A stretch of 64,000 nt of DNA from Candidatus Pacearchaeota archaeon. GTDB taxonomy: Archaea > Nanobdellota > Nanobdellia > Pacearchaeales > GW2011-AR1. A program made the translations under genes and the position numbers. Of the stretch, positions 17,870 to 27,622 are shown one piece after another (position 1 is the stretch's first letter; each line of letters opens with the position of its first letter). The stretch lies in NCBI GenBank assembly GCA_016186365.1, contig JACPLT010000006.1:12049-76048 (forward strand), written 5' to 3'. The notes under the pieces were generated by a model that was not told the origin of the DNA, ran no database searches, and was given only the letters and a program-made list of their open reading frames with translations.

Positions 17870-19489
17870 ATGAAAAAAATTATATTACTTGTTGTCTGCA
17901 TGATTTTTCTTTCTTCTTTTGCATTTGCAGGAGTAAAAGAAGACTTGCTTGTTTTTATCAATCAGGAGAGAAATTTGCAGGGTGCTGCAAATTTAAGTTT
18001 TGAATCCAGCATAAATAATGCTGCCCAGCTTCATAGCGATGATATGCTGGCTCAAGATTATTTTTCCCATACCTCTTTAGATGGGAGAAATATGGTGGAC
18101 AGGATGAATGATGCGGGATTTTTCGGGATGGCATATGGGGAAAATCTTGCAGCCCATACAGGGCAGGCAAATGCCTCCCAGGTATTTGAGATGTGGAAAA
18201 ATTCTTCAGGGCATTATCTTAACATGATTAATTCTAATTTTAATGCTGCAGGAATTGGAATTGCAGAAGGAAACTGGGATAATTTTGGAGGGCTGTATTC
18301 TTCTATTTATACTCTCAATTTAGGAAAGATTTCAGGAAGCTATAATACTACAATTTGCACTGAAAATAGCACAAGAATTTGTGGAGTGAACAATGTAGGA
18401 GAATGTAAAACAGGAGTTCAAACTTGCACAAATAATTCGTGGGGAGTTTGTGATGGGGCGATAAATCCTGTTGCTGAAATTTGCATTGATGGAAAAGATA
18501 ATGACTGCGATGGCAGAATTGACGAAAACTGCGTTAATCTATGCGACAAAGATGCAGATAAATTTGTGGATTTAGTGTGTGGAGGAAATGACTGCAATGA
18601 TAATAACAAACAGATTAATATAAATTCAACTGAAGTTTGCAATGGAATTGATGAAGATTGCGATGGCGGAATTGATGAAGATTGCAGTGCTAATTTAGAA
18701 ATATTGTCTCCTGAAAATAATTTTGAAAGCAATAATTCAAGAGTTAAGATTGAGCTGAATGTGGTTCATTTAAATGGATATGTTTATTATAAAATAAACA
18801 ATGGCAACTGGCTAGTATTTTGTGTAGATGCATCCAACTGCCAGAAGAATGTTTATCTTTCTAATGGAAATAGCATTATACAGATTAAACTTAGTGATTT
18901 TAACAATATTGTTTATACTGCGAATTTAAGCATTTTTGTGGATTCTATCAAGCCGAGAATTTTGTCGCAAATTCCCAGAAATCTTGGATATACTAACGGA
19001 ACATTCTCAGTCAAGTATAGCGAGAGCAATTTGCAGTCTGTTGATTTGTATCTTTCTTTTCCTGGAGAAAGTTTTATTTTAGCAGCTTCTAAAACTGATT
19101 GCGAAAATGGAAGCAACAAAATCTGCAATTTGACTTATGATTTATCTCCTTATAATGGACAGGAAGTGAGATATTATTTCAGCATTTCTGATAAGTTTTC
19201 TTCTGTTAGTTCTAATACTTATACGGCTAAAGTTGATAGTGCAAAACCTGAATTTTTATGGGTTAATGCAAATAAAACTTCTGTTAATTATGAAAGATAT
19301 AAACTAAGTGTGAATATGAGCGAGTATTCTAAACTTCAGTATTCTATTAGTAATGGGGTATTACAAACTATGTGCTCCAGATGCAAAATTGCTAATCGAT
19401 ATTTTTCATTTTCTTCAAAACCAGATTATATTGACTTGTTTGCAACTGATGCTGCCGGAAACAGCAATAGTTATAGAATTGAATTGTAA
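17870..19489 (+). CDS. secreted CAP/SCP (PR-1-like) domain protein with Cys-rich DxDCDG repeats and C-terminal beta domains
   Basis: Signal peptide MKKIILLVVCMIFLSSFAFA. CAP motifs FSHTSLDGR, GENLA, NSSGHYLNMIN. Repeats CIDGKDNDCDGRIDENC and CNGIDEDCDGGIDEDC. Confidence 0.75.
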   Translation: MKKIILLVVCMIFLSSFAFAGVKEDLLVFINQERNLQGAANLSFESSINNAAQLHSDDMLAQDYFSHTSLDGRNMVDRMNDAGFFGMAYGENLAAHTGQANASQVFEMWKNSSGHYLNMINSNFNAAGIGIAEGNWDNFGGLYSSIYTLNLGKISGSYNTTICTENSTRICGVNNVGECKTGVQTCTNNSWGVCDGAINPVAEICIDGKDNDCDGRIDENCVNLCDKDADKFVDLVCGGNDCNDNNKQININSTEVCNGIDEDCDGGIDEDCSANLEILSPENNFESNNSRVKIELNVVHLNGYVYYKINNGNWLVFCVDASNCQKNVYLSNGNSIIQIKLSDFNNIVYTANLSIFVDSIKPRILSQIPRNLGYTNGTFSVKYSESNLQSVDLYLSFPGESFILAASKTDCENGSNKICNLTYDLSPYNGQEVRYYFSISDKFSSVSSNTYTAKVDSAKPEFLWVNANKTSVNYERYKLSVNMSEYSKLQYSISNGVLQTMCSRCKIANRYFSFSSKPDYIDLFATDAAGNSNSYRIEL

Positions 19490-19504
19490 GACTATTTCAT
19501 AGGA

Positions 19505-19512
19505 TTTATAAA
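19505..19512 (+). promoter_or_regulatory. putative TATA box
   Basis: TTTATAAA is centred about 26 nt upstream of ATG 19534. Confidence 0.4.
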
Positions 19513-19533
19513 TCATCTTTATTTTGTTTTTAA

Positions 19534-21024
19534 ATGAGGTTCAGCATATTGATTGGAGGGAAAGCGGGACAAGGGCCAAATATATTAACCCAGTTAGTTG
19601 GAGAGGCTTTAGTAAATAAGGGATATTTTGTTTTTTATTCAAGAGATTATGAATCTTTAATAAGAGGAGGGCATAATTTTAATACCCTGACTTTTTCTGA
19701 TAGTGAAAGTTACAGCAATGATAGTGTTATTGATATTATTGTGGCGTTAGATGAAAATAGTGTTAAGAAGCATAAAGACAAACTGAAGAAAGGCGGAATT
19801 ATTATTGAAGGAAGCGGCAAGGATAATATGTATTTTGCTGGAAGATTATTCAAAGTTTTATGCATGGATTTTTCTATTCTTGAAAAAGAGCTGAAGAAAT
19901 TAAGAAATTTTGATGAAAATCTGAAAAATTCTAGAATTGGATATGAAGAAGAGACAAGAGCATGCATTGTTTTTAAGGCAAACAAGGGAATAAATGGAAG
20001 ATTTATGAATGGAAGTTCTGGAATAGCAGAGGGAGCTATTAAATCTGGAATGGAAGTTTATTATGCTTATCCTATGACTCCGGCTACTCCTGTTTTGTTT
20101 GAATTAGCTTCTAAAAAAGATAAGGGGAGCTTTAAAATATTTGAGCTGGAGAATGAGATTTCTGTTATATGTGCAGCAATAGGCTCTTCTGCATGGGGAA
20201 TGAAAAGCATGGTGGGGACATCTGGAGGAGGATTTGATTTAATGACAGAAGCGATGAGCTTTGCAGGACAGGCAGAAATTCCTATTGTTTGCTATCTTGC
20301 TTCAAGGCCGGGGCCTGGGACAGGAGTTGCAACTTCTACAGGGCAGGGAGACTTGAATATGGCGAGACATTGTGGGCATGGGGAATTTTTTAGAATGATT
20401 GTTGCTGGCGGAGATCCTAAAGAATGCGAGGAATTAACAAGCCAGAGCTTTTATTTTTCACAGAAATATAAAATTCCGGCAATTGTCATGAGTGATAAAC
20501 ATCTTGCTGAAAGTTTTTATACTATTGGAGAAGAGGCAAAAATAACTAAATCTGAAAAGACAATGAAAGCAGGAAGATATAACAGCTATGAACATACTGA
20601 AACAGGAGAGGCAACTGAAGATACTGAAATTACAAAGAAAAATTTTGAAAGAAGAATGAAGAAAGCTAAAGAAATTGAAAAAGAGGCTGGAAAATTTGAG
20701 CAGTATAAAATTTATGGAAAGAAAACCAGCAAAAATTTAATTATTTCTTACGGCTCTACAAAAGGAGCAATATTAGATTCTATTTCTGGGAAAGATGCTA
20801 AATTTCTGCAGATATTATATATTGAACCGTTTTCTGAAAAAATAAAAGATGAGCTAAAAAAAGCTGAAAAAATTGTTTTAGTTGAAAATAGTGCAACAGG
20901 GATGCTGGCAGATTTGATTGCTGAAAAAACAGGAATAATTATTAAGGATAAAATATTAAAATATGACGGGAGAGCTTTTTTCTGCGATGAATTGAGCAGG
21001 GAGATTGAGGAGAAAATAAAATGA
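19534..21024 (+). CDS. 2-oxoacid:ferredoxin oxidoreductase, fused gamma-alpha subunit
   Basis: Gamma-like N-terminus IGGKAGQGPNILTQLVG...GGHNF, then alpha-like GIAEGAIKSGMEVYYAYPMTPATPV and GGGFDLMTEA. Confidence 0.85.
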   Translation: MRFSILIGGKAGQGPNILTQLVGEALVNKGYFVFYSRDYESLIRGGHNFNTLTFSDSESYSNDSVIDIIVALDENSVKKHKDKLKKGGIIIEGSGKDNMYFAGRLFKVLCMDFSILEKELKKLRNFDENLKNSRIGYEEETRACIVFKANKGINGRFMNGSSGIAEGAIKSGMEVYYAYPMTPATPVLFELASKKDKGSFKIFELENEISVICAAIGSSAWGMKSMVGTSGGGFDLMTEAMSFAGQAEIPIVCYLASRPGPGTGVATSTGQGDLNMARHCGHGEFFRMIVAGGDPKECEELTSQSFYFSQKYKIPAIVMSDKHLAESFYTIGEEAKITKSEKTMKAGRYNSYEHTETGEATEDTEITKKNFERRMKKAKEIEKEAGKFEQYKIYGKKTSKNLIISYGSTKGAILDSISGKDAKFLQILYIEPFSEKIKDELKKAEKIVLVENSATGMLADLIAEKTGIIIKDKILKYDGRAFFCDELSREIEEKIK

Positions 21025-21467
21025 AAAATAATTTTAATATGTGGTCTGTTATTTTAAATGTATTTTCAGCAATATTTCTAATAATTGCAGAGTATTTATT
21101 GATAAGCGGGGTTAAAGATAAAACCAAGTTAACCATCTATTTAATTATTATGTTATTAATACTCATTTTTATTAATCTTGTAAATCTTTTAACAATTTTA
21201 TTTTACGAGAAATATAAAATAAGTGAAAGTATTGAATTAATGAAATTTAGAATGAATAAAAATCTTAACTTATCTTTGTTGCTTCTTGGTGTAGGAATCC
21301 CCCTATTTATTGTTTCTTGGTCTGTAGGATTTTTAGATAACATTTTTATTACAATTACTTCAATAATCTTATCCCTTGTGGGAAGTTTTTTATGGGAAGT
21401 GGGTTATGTTAGAAGAAGCAAAATATTAGAGATGAGATTATTAAAAGAAGAATGGAGAACAAAATGA
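21021..21467 (+). CDS. four-TM membrane protein embedded in the OFOR operon
   Basis: 148-aa hydrophobic ORF. ATGA overlaps occur at both ends, with the alpha stop at 21022-24 and the beta ATG at 21464. Confidence 0.55.
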   Translation: MKNNFNMWSVILNVFSAIFLIIAEYLLISGVKDKTKLTIYLIIMLLILIFINLVNLLTILFYEKYKISESIELMKFRMNKNLNLSLLLLGVGIPLFIVSWSVGFLDNIFITITSIILSLVGSFLWEVGYVRRSKILEMRLLKEEWRTK

Positions 21468-22264
21468 AAGCTGAAACTAATTTATCAACTGGAATTCCAA
21501 ATACCTGGTGCCCGGGATGCTTTAATTTTTCTATTTTGGCAGGAGTGAAGAATGCAATTGCAAAAGAAATAGCTGAAGGAAAGAAAAAAGAAGATTTTGC
21601 AATTGTTTCTGGAATTGGATGCCACGCCAAGATATTTGATTATATCCATTTGAATGGTATAAATAGTCTGCATGGAAGAGTTTTGCCTGTCTGCCTGGGA
21701 ATGAAAGTTGCAAAGCCGAATCTTAGTGTTATAGGATTTTCTGGTGATGGAGATGCTTATGCAGAGGGGATGGAGCATTTGATACACATGGCAAGGTTTA
21801 ACCCTGATGTAAAATATATTGTTCATAATAATCAGGTTTTTGCTTTAACAGTGGGACAGCCGACTCCTACAACTGAATTAGGATATAAAGATAAAACAAC
21901 TCCTGATGGAGTGAAACTGATGCCTTTGAATCCTATCAAGCTGATGCTTGCGGCTAATGCGGGCTTTGTTGCGAGAGTTTATGCTGATGTCAAACAGATA
22001 GAAGAAGTTTTAAGAGAGGCATTCAAGCATAAGGGGTTTGCATTTATAGAGATTATCCAGCCCTGCATTATTTTTCATAAAGATGAAGGAGTAAAAGAAA
22101 AAATGTATTCCTTGCAGGAACAGGGGCATGATAGATCAAACTGGCAGGAAGCTATGAAAAAAGCAGAAGAGTTTGATTATAATAATGCAGAAAAAATTCC
22201 TTCCGGTATATTTTATCAGAAAGAACGAGCAACATTTGAGGATATTTTTCTTAGGTATAGATAA
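21464..22264 (+). CDS. 2-oxoacid:ferredoxin oxidoreductase, beta (TPP-binding) subunit
   Basis: WCPGCFNFSIL, GFSGDGDAYAEGMEHL, NNQVFALTVGQPTP. An alternative in-frame ATG lies at 21452. Confidence 0.85.
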   Translation: MKAETNLSTGIPNTWCPGCFNFSILAGVKNAIAKEIAEGKKKEDFAIVSGIGCHAKIFDYIHLNGINSLHGRVLPVCLGMKVAKPNLSVIGFSGDGDAYAEGMEHLIHMARFNPDVKYIVHNNQVFALTVGQPTPTTELGYKDKTTPDGVKLMPLNPIKLMLAANAGFVARVYADVKQIEEVLREAFKHKGFAFIEIIQPCIIFHKDEGVKEKMYSLQEQGHDRSNWQEAMKKAEEFDYNNAEKIPSGIFYQKERATFEDIFLRYR

Positions 22265-22346
22265 TTGCGATAATTAGTATGCTGCTATTGCAATTATCTA
22301 TCTCTATAATTGCACGACATTTTATACTAATCCATGCAATTATAGA
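22257..22346. repeat. two adjacent 12-bp-stem hairpins built on ATAATTGC/GCAATTAT
   Basis: ATAGATAATTGC (22257-68) pairs with GCAATTATCTAT (22290-301). TCTATAATTGCA (22303-14) pairs with TGCAATTATAGA (22335-46). They lie between the convergent OFOR-beta stop and the tRNA 3' end. Confidence 0.6.
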
Positions 22347-22353
22347 TAATGTA

Positions 22354-22425
22354 TGGCTGTGAAGGGAGTTGAACCCTCCACTCCGGCCTTATGAGAGCCG
22401 TACTCTACCGCTGAGTTACACAGCC
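22354..22425 (-). tRNA. tRNA with CAU anticodon (elongator Met or Ile2; not initiator-like)
   Basis: Reverse complement: GGCTGTG-TA-ACTC-AGCGGTA-GAGT-A-CGGCT-CTCATAA-GGCCG-GAGTG-GAGGG-TTCAACT-CCCTT-CACAGCC-A. Confidence 0.9.
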
Positions 22426-22487
22426 ATCTAAACCTTAAAATTTGGCTATTTAAAAGGTTTTTTAAACTCTTTTTTATTAACTAATTT

Positions 22488-23084
22488 ATGAATATAGGCA
22501 TAATAAAAGAGGTTAAGAGAAAGTTTATTCATTTTTTAGCTTTATTCTTTATTGTGATATATGTTTTGCTCTCTAAGTATTATACTGAAAAAATAGCTCT
22601 TTTAGGACTGCTCTTACTATTAGTTGTCTTTCTTATTATCGATTATATAAGAGTAGAGATGAATAAAAAAATTCCAATTATCTGGAATATTTTTAGAGAG
22701 AAAGAAAAAGATAAATTTGCAGGAAATGTTTTCTTTTTAATTGGCGCAATAATCGTGTTTTCTCTTCTGGATTTTAGAATAGCTTTAACTGCTTTATTGA
22801 TGACTATTTTTGGAGATATGGCTGCTGCACTTATAGGAAAAAGCCTTGGCAAAACCTGGATAACTAAGAACAGGGCATTAGAGGGAATAGTTGCAGAATT
22901 AATAATAGATGTTATAATTGGATGCATTGTTCTTGACAGCTGGATTATAATTTTAGTTATGGCGCTTGCTGCAACAATTGTTGAGACTAGCGTGAATAAA
23001 TTAGATGACAATCTTTTTATCCCTGTTTTTTCTGGATTTTTTGGAGAGATAGCAAGATACATTCTTGAATGGGGAATAATCTAA
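22488..23084 (+). CDS. polyprenol/dolichol-kinase-like (cytidylyltransferase family) membrane protein
   Basis: Multi-TM ORF with IFGDMAAALIGKSLGK and ALEGIVAE, typical of the CTP-dependent kinase / CdsA-like family. Confidence 0.5.
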   Translation: MNIGIIKEVKRKFIHFLALFFIVIYVLLSKYYTEKIALLGLLLLLVVFLIIDYIRVEMNKKIPIIWNIFREKEKDKFAGNVFFLIGAIIVFSLLDFRIALTALLMTIFGDMAAALIGKSLGKTWITKNRALEGIVAELIIDVIIGCIVLDSWIIILVMALAATIVETSVNKLDDNLFIPVFSGFFGEIARYILEWGII

Positions 23085-23299
23085 TGGTGCTGGAAAATTT
23101 AACGAATCTTATTTCTGCAGAATATTTGGAGAGAGACTTAAGCTATCTTATAAAACTTTTTGAGGCGATTGGAGGATTAATCTTAGCTTATTTTATTTTT
23201 AATGTAATTTCTATTATTCATAATTGGAGATTAAGGAAAGAGGTAAGACAGATGAAAATATTAATTGAAAAGATAGATAGAAAGTTGAATAAAAAGTAG
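23084..23299 (+). CDS. small single-TM protein
   Basis: TAATG overlap with the upstream gene. An alternative in-frame ATG lies at 23069. No motif recognised. Confidence 0.4.
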   Translation: MVLENLTNLISAEYLERDLSYLIKLFEAIGGLILAYFIFNVISIIHNWRLRKEVRQMKILIEKIDRKLNKK

Positions 23300-23301
23300 A
23301 A

Positions 23302-24672
23302 TTAAGTTTTATAAAATCTATTTGGTTTGAAAAGAGCAATATCATTGTCTAGTCCTGATTCATAAATTTTTATTATTTTTATTATTTTTTCTGGAGTTAA
23401 CGCTTTGGGATGCAGAGCATAACTGCCATGAGCTGTCTTTGTATACATTTTTCCGTCTGCTCTTGTTTTAATGTAGTTTTCATACATTTCAGGGGTTACT
23501 CCTTCTTCTATCGCTAGAGGAGAGCCAGGGTATAAACAAGTGGGAGAGATAGCAACTTCATCTGGCTTTAATTTTTCATTTAATACTCTTATTGTTCTTC
23601 TAATAGTTGAAAATTTTTCTAAATCTTCTCCTGGAAGCCCAAATTGAATTGAAGCCATACTTCTTATTTTATATTGCCTTATAATCTTAAATGCTTTTTC
23701 AGCTTGTTCTATAGTTATTTTCTTTCTGCATCTATTAAGTATTTCTTGTATTCCAGATTCAATACCGAAATATATGAATATGCATCCTGAATCGCTAAGA
23801 GTTTTTGCAATTTCTTCATCTATTGCATCGACTCTTGTTTGAAGAGAGTATTCTATTTGTAATTCTTTTTGTTTTATCTGTCTAGCAAATTCTAAAAACC
23901 AGTTTTTATCTGCTATACTCATATCATCTTCAAACATAAACCCTCTGAATCCCTGTGAGTAAAGTTCTTCTAATTCTTGTATCACATTTTCAGGAGTTCT
24001 TTGTCTTATTTTTCCAGGCCAATTTACTTTAGATGAACAAAAAGAACAAGAATATTGACAACCTCTTGAAGTCATTATAGAAGTTGATTTTTTTCCTTCA
24101 AATAATGCGGCACTATAATAACTATCAAATCTTTTGTCTAAGTAAAATAAATCTCTTGCGGGTTTTGGAAGTGTATCTAAATTTTGAATTAGCCTTCTTT
24201 TTCCATTGTTTATTACAATTCCCTCTTCTCTAAAAACTACTCCTTCTAATCCTTTAACACTCTGCCTTTTAGATATTCTTTTTACTAATTCAATAATTGT
24301 TTTTTCTCCTTCTCCAATAACCGAATAATCTATTTCAGGGTTATTTTTTATAGTTGTTTCTGCACAATTTGTTTCGTGAGGTCCGCCTTTTATTATGGGT
24401 ATTTTTTTCCATTGTTTAACAATTTTAGCAACTTCTAAAGCTTCCTTGTGTGTTGGAGATGTAGAAGTTATTCCCACAATTTCTGGATTTTTATTAACTA
24501 ACTCTTCCTGCAGGATTTCTTTATAGTTTCTTCTTTCAATTTCCGCTCTCGCAGTTAGATCTAAAACTGAAATATCATGCTCTTTTCTTAAAGCTCCAGC
24601 TATATAAGCCAAGCCAAGTGAAAATCCTTTTAGTCCTTCTTTGAAATAGGGATCAATTAGCAATATTTTCAT
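23302..24672 (-). CDS. B12-binding-domain radical SAM protein
   Basis: N-terminal Rossmann-like MKILLIDPYF...GITSTS and the radical SAM cluster motif SRGCQYSCSFCSS. Confidence 0.85.
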   Translation of the reverse strand: MKILLIDPYFKEGLKGFSLGLAYIAGALRKEHDISVLDLTARAEIERRNYKEILQEELVNKNPEIVGITSTSPTHKEALEVAKIVKQWKKIPIIKGGPHETNCAETTIKNNPEIDYSVIGEGEKTIIELVKRISKRQSVKGLEGVVFREEGIVINNGKRRLIQNLDTLPKPARDLFYLDKRFDSYYSAALFEGKKSTSIMTSRGCQYSCSFCSSKVNWPGKIRQRTPENVIQELEELYSQGFRGFMFEDDMSIADKNWFLEFARQIKQKELQIEYSLQTRVDAIDEEIAKTLSDSGCIFIYFGIESGIQEILNRCRKKITIEQAEKAFKIIRQYKIRSMASIQFGLPGEDLEKFSTIRRTIRVLNEKLKPDEVAISPTCLYPGSPLAIEEGVTPEMYENYIKTRADGKMYTKTAHGSYALHPKALTPEKIIKIIKIYESGLDNDIALFKPNRFYKT

Positions 24673-24765
24673 AATTATAAAGTGGTAATATGTAATATAA
24701 AACTTATGTTATAATATTTTGACAAAAGATAAAATTTATAAGGTAATAATTACTATTGTCTAAAT

Positions 24766-25740
24766 ATGGTAGAAGAAATAAGGAAAATAGACTATTTTGA
24801 CCGGAAAATTCTTTTTGAGTTAGATAGGAATACAAGAATTTCTGCAACTGAATTAGGAAAGAAGATTAGAAAATCAAAACAATTTGTGGATTATAGAATT
24901 AAAAAACTCGAAGAAGATAATATTCTAAGGGGGTATGTCTCGGTTATTGATTATTCTAAATTGGGCTATCTCAGTGTTAGGGTATATTTTAAGTTTCATA
25001 ATCTCAATCCAGAAGAGCAAGAAAAACTTGAAAATGAATTAATAAAAGATAAAGAGGTTTGGTGGCTGGTAACTCTAGAAGGTGCTTGGGATGTAGGTTA
25101 TGCCACAGCAGTTAAGAATATTTTAGACTTTTATGATTATTGGGATAAAATAATGAAAAAATATAGAAAATACATCATAAATCATTCAATAGTTGTTTAT
25201 ACTCATATTAGACAATATCCTAAATCATATATCATAGACAAGAATAATTCTGATGAAGGAACTCTGGTGGGGGCTTCAAAAATAAAAGCTAAGGTTGATG
25301 ATATGGATATTAATATTTTGAGATTTATATCTAATAATGCGAGAGCCTCCCTTCTTGAGATAGCAGATAAAATTAAGTCAAGCCCCCAAGTTGTGAGAAG
25401 CAGATTAAATAAACTTCAGCAATCAGGAGTAATTCAAGGATATCGAGCGTTAATTGATGTTTCTTTCTTAGGGTATAGATATTATAAGGTTTACATAAAT
25501 TTGGTCCATATTGACAAACTGAATGAACTAGGACAATTTTGTAAACAACATCCAAATATCTTAAATGTTAATAGAACAATCGGAGGCAGAGATTTTGAGA
25601 TTGAACTTCAGGCAAAATCTTTTGAACAATTTGATTCAATTATGAAAGAACTAAGAAGCAAATTTATTGGAATGATTGATGACTATGAATTTGTCATAGC
25701 AAGAGAGGAGAAAAAAATGGTTTATTTTCCATTTGAATAG
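24766..25740 (+). CDS. tandem-duplicated Lrp/AsnC-family transcriptional regulator
   Basis: Two HTH_AsnC modules: DRKILFELDRNTRISATELGKKIRKSKQFVDYRIKKLEEDNILRGY and DINILRFISNNARASLLEIADKIKSSPQVVRSRLNKLQQSGVIQGY. Confidence 0.75.
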   Translation: MVEEIRKIDYFDRKILFELDRNTRISATELGKKIRKSKQFVDYRIKKLEEDNILRGYVSVIDYSKLGYLSVRVYFKFHNLNPEEQEKLENELIKDKEVWWLVTLEGAWDVGYATAVKNILDFYDYWDKIMKKYRKYIINHSIVVYTHIRQYPKSYIIDKNNSDEGTLVGASKIKAKVDDMDINILRFISNNARASLLEIADKIKSSPQVVRSRLNKLQQSGVIQGYRALIDVSFLGYRYYKVYINLVHIDKLNELGQFCKQHPNILNVNRTIGGRDFEIELQAKSFEQFDSIMKELRSKFIGMIDDYEFVIAREEKKMVYFPFE

Positions 25741-25746
25741 TTTGTT

Positions 25747-25932
25747 TTAAGCCAAAACTGGCGCTCTTTTAACTTTTTTTGTAATATAACCTGCTACCTT
25801 GTTTTTTATTCTTTTGCTTGGCATAGTTGCCCCTAGAATTTTCTTGTTTATTTCGAAATCGGGAGTGAATTTGCTTTCTAGGATTAACTTAGCTCCGGTT
25901 CTTTTAATTAGTGTGGATTTTATTCTTCCCAT
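25747..25932 (-). CDS. rps17e: 30S ribosomal protein S17e
   Basis: MGRIKSTLIKRTGAKLILESKFTPDFEINKKIL matches the S17e N-terminal consensus. Confidence 0.85.
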   Translation of the reverse strand: MGRIKSTLIKRTGAKLILESKFTPDFEINKKILGATMPSKRIKNKVAGYITKKVKRAPVLA

Positions 25933-25963
25933 AATAATAAGCTGGTTTGAAGGTTTTTAAAGA

Positions 25964-26929
25964 TTATTGTTCCTTTTTATGGAGCGTTTCTATGCCTTTT
26001 AAGGACTTGCTGGCGTCAATAAACTCTTTCATTTTCTTAGAAATAACATCCTGAATCACGATTATATAGGGAAGATTATAGGGAAGGGATTTTTTATAAG
26101 CTTTTATCAGCTCTTTTTCATTAATCCTCTTTTTATTAAATGCAAATAACAGGCAGTCTTCTGAATTAATTCTTATCTTGGCTAGGACTTCTTTTTTATC
26201 ATAGTATTCTGTGCTGATAATTGAAATATTTTTTAGGGTTAAAAATGTTTTAATCTCATTTAAGAAGTCTTCTGGCTGAGATTTTGCTTTTTTTGCAGGA
26301 GTCTTATCAAAAATTGGCTCAATTTTTAATTCTGTTTCTTGGGTTATCTTTATTTCTTCTTTGGGTTTTTCTGCTATTATTTTTATTTCTTGTTTTATTT
26401 CTGGCTTTGAGAATTCTGCTTCAATCTTTGTTTCTTGTTTTTGAATAACTGCCTCTTGTTTTATTTCCTGCTTTAGTTTAATCATGTTTTCTATTATTGG
26501 TGAGGCTTGTTCAATAGGCAGAGAGTGAAACTTCCAGAATAACATTCTTTCCTGCAATCTTGGGATAAGCGGGAATGCAAAATCCTTGATATTTCTAAGA
26601 GCCACTCTTATTGCAGGTTCTAATTTTATGTCTTCCAGAACTTTTTTTTCTTTTAGAAGAAGAAAAGCTTCTCTTTCTTTTCCAGGAAGATAGGTATAGA
26701 ATTTTTCTAGCTGTTCTTCTTGCCCTGGAATAAGATAAAGGGGAGAGCCGCCAACTTTCATTATGCTTATTTTTACATTATTATCTGCTGCCAGCTCTGA
26801 TAGAAATGCAGAGGCGAAAATCATGCTTAGCCCTGTTTCTCTTGACACGTGGATAGGCAGACTCGGTCCTTTTGTCTTTAAGAAATTTATTATCTTTTCT
26901 CTGATTAGCTGGGGATTTTTTAAGTCCAT
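25964..26929 (-). CDS. hypothetical protein with N-terminal winged-helix-like modules and EIKQE-repeat linker
   Basis: 321-aa ORF with a low-complexity K/E/I repeat in the middle. No family recognised. Confidence 0.5.
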   Translation of the reverse strand: MDLKNPQLIREKIINFLKTKGPSLPIHVSRETGLSMIFASAFLSELAADNNVKISIMKVGGSPLYLIPGQEEQLEKFYTYLPGKEREAFLLLKEKKVLEDIKLEPAIRVALRNIKDFAFPLIPRLQERMLFWKFHSLPIEQASPIIENMIKLKQEIKQEAVIQKQETKIEAEFSKPEIKQEIKIIAEKPKEEIKITQETELKIEPIFDKTPAKKAKSQPEDFLNEIKTFLTLKNISIISTEYYDKKEVLAKIRINSEDCLLFAFNKKRINEKELIKAYKKSLPYNLPYIIVIQDVISKKMKEFIDASKSLKGIETLHKKEQ

Positions 26930-27038
26930 AGTTAAATAATATGATTAGAAGTTATAAATCTTGTTGTGGTGGAAGAGTTATTATACGCTCGATAAACAGA
27001 AAACGAATTGATTATGGAGCAATAATTATCACATTTAT

Positions 27039-27590
27039 TTAAGGTTTTGTCCAGGAAACTTCGTAATAGGTTACATCGCTCTCTTCATCAACTATTCCTA
27101 TAAGAAGGTTTTTCTTTGTCGAGTGAGCTACTCTATTTTTAGCTGAAAAATCGTGCCAGGTTAGGGTTTCTGATTCTTTTACAGGATAAATAATCCATTT
27201 TGCATGGTCTTCTCCCGGCTTTATTCCTTTGTCATAAACCCTGAACTCTGCTCCAAATTTTAGAGCGGTTTTTACAATATAACCTTTGTCTCTTAAATCT
27301 TTAAAAACTCTGTACTTGGTTTCTATTTTAGGGTCCTCTTTTTTCAGCTCTTCTATAAGTCTTTGGAAGCTTAACTTTTTCTTTTTTGAGGTTATCTCTA
27401 TTTTTTCCCTTTCTAATAAATAGAGAGCTTCTGCAAAGGAGTAAAATATTTTGCCCTCTTTTGCCTCTCCAAATCGTGACTGTTCATATAGCGAGAATGC
27501 TTCTTTCTTATTGCTGTAAACTATCTCTCCTGAAAAAACTGCTTTTATTGCGGATTTTTTTGGAGTTTTTTCTTTTGTTTTTTTAACCAT
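27039..27590 (-). CDS. endA: tRNA-splicing endonuclease (homotetramer-type size)
   Basis: LRDKGYIVKTALKFGAEFRVYDKG...HAKWIIYPV catalytic-domain pattern. 183 aa. Confidence 0.85.
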   Translation of the reverse strand: MVKKTKEKTPKKSAIKAVFSGEIVYSNKKEAFSLYEQSRFGEAKEGKIFYSFAEALYLLEREKIEITSKKKKLSFQRLIEELKKEDPKIETKYRVFKDLRDKGYIVKTALKFGAEFRVYDKGIKPGEDHAKWIIYPVKESETLTWHDFSAKNRVAHSTKKNLLIGIVDEESDVTYYEVSWTKP

Positions 27591-27622
27591 GTTTTAGTAA
27601 GTAAAAAATGATATATAAATGT

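Noticed and set aside
22643-23062. Long antisense ORFs inside confident genes (also 13494..13850, 17420..17785, 32160..32525, 34162..34539, 37104..37424, 41903..42235, 5195..5518)
   Set aside because: Each lies opposite a gene with clear family motifs. Their translations are Ser/Phe/Leu/Ile-rich mirror sequences without motifs.
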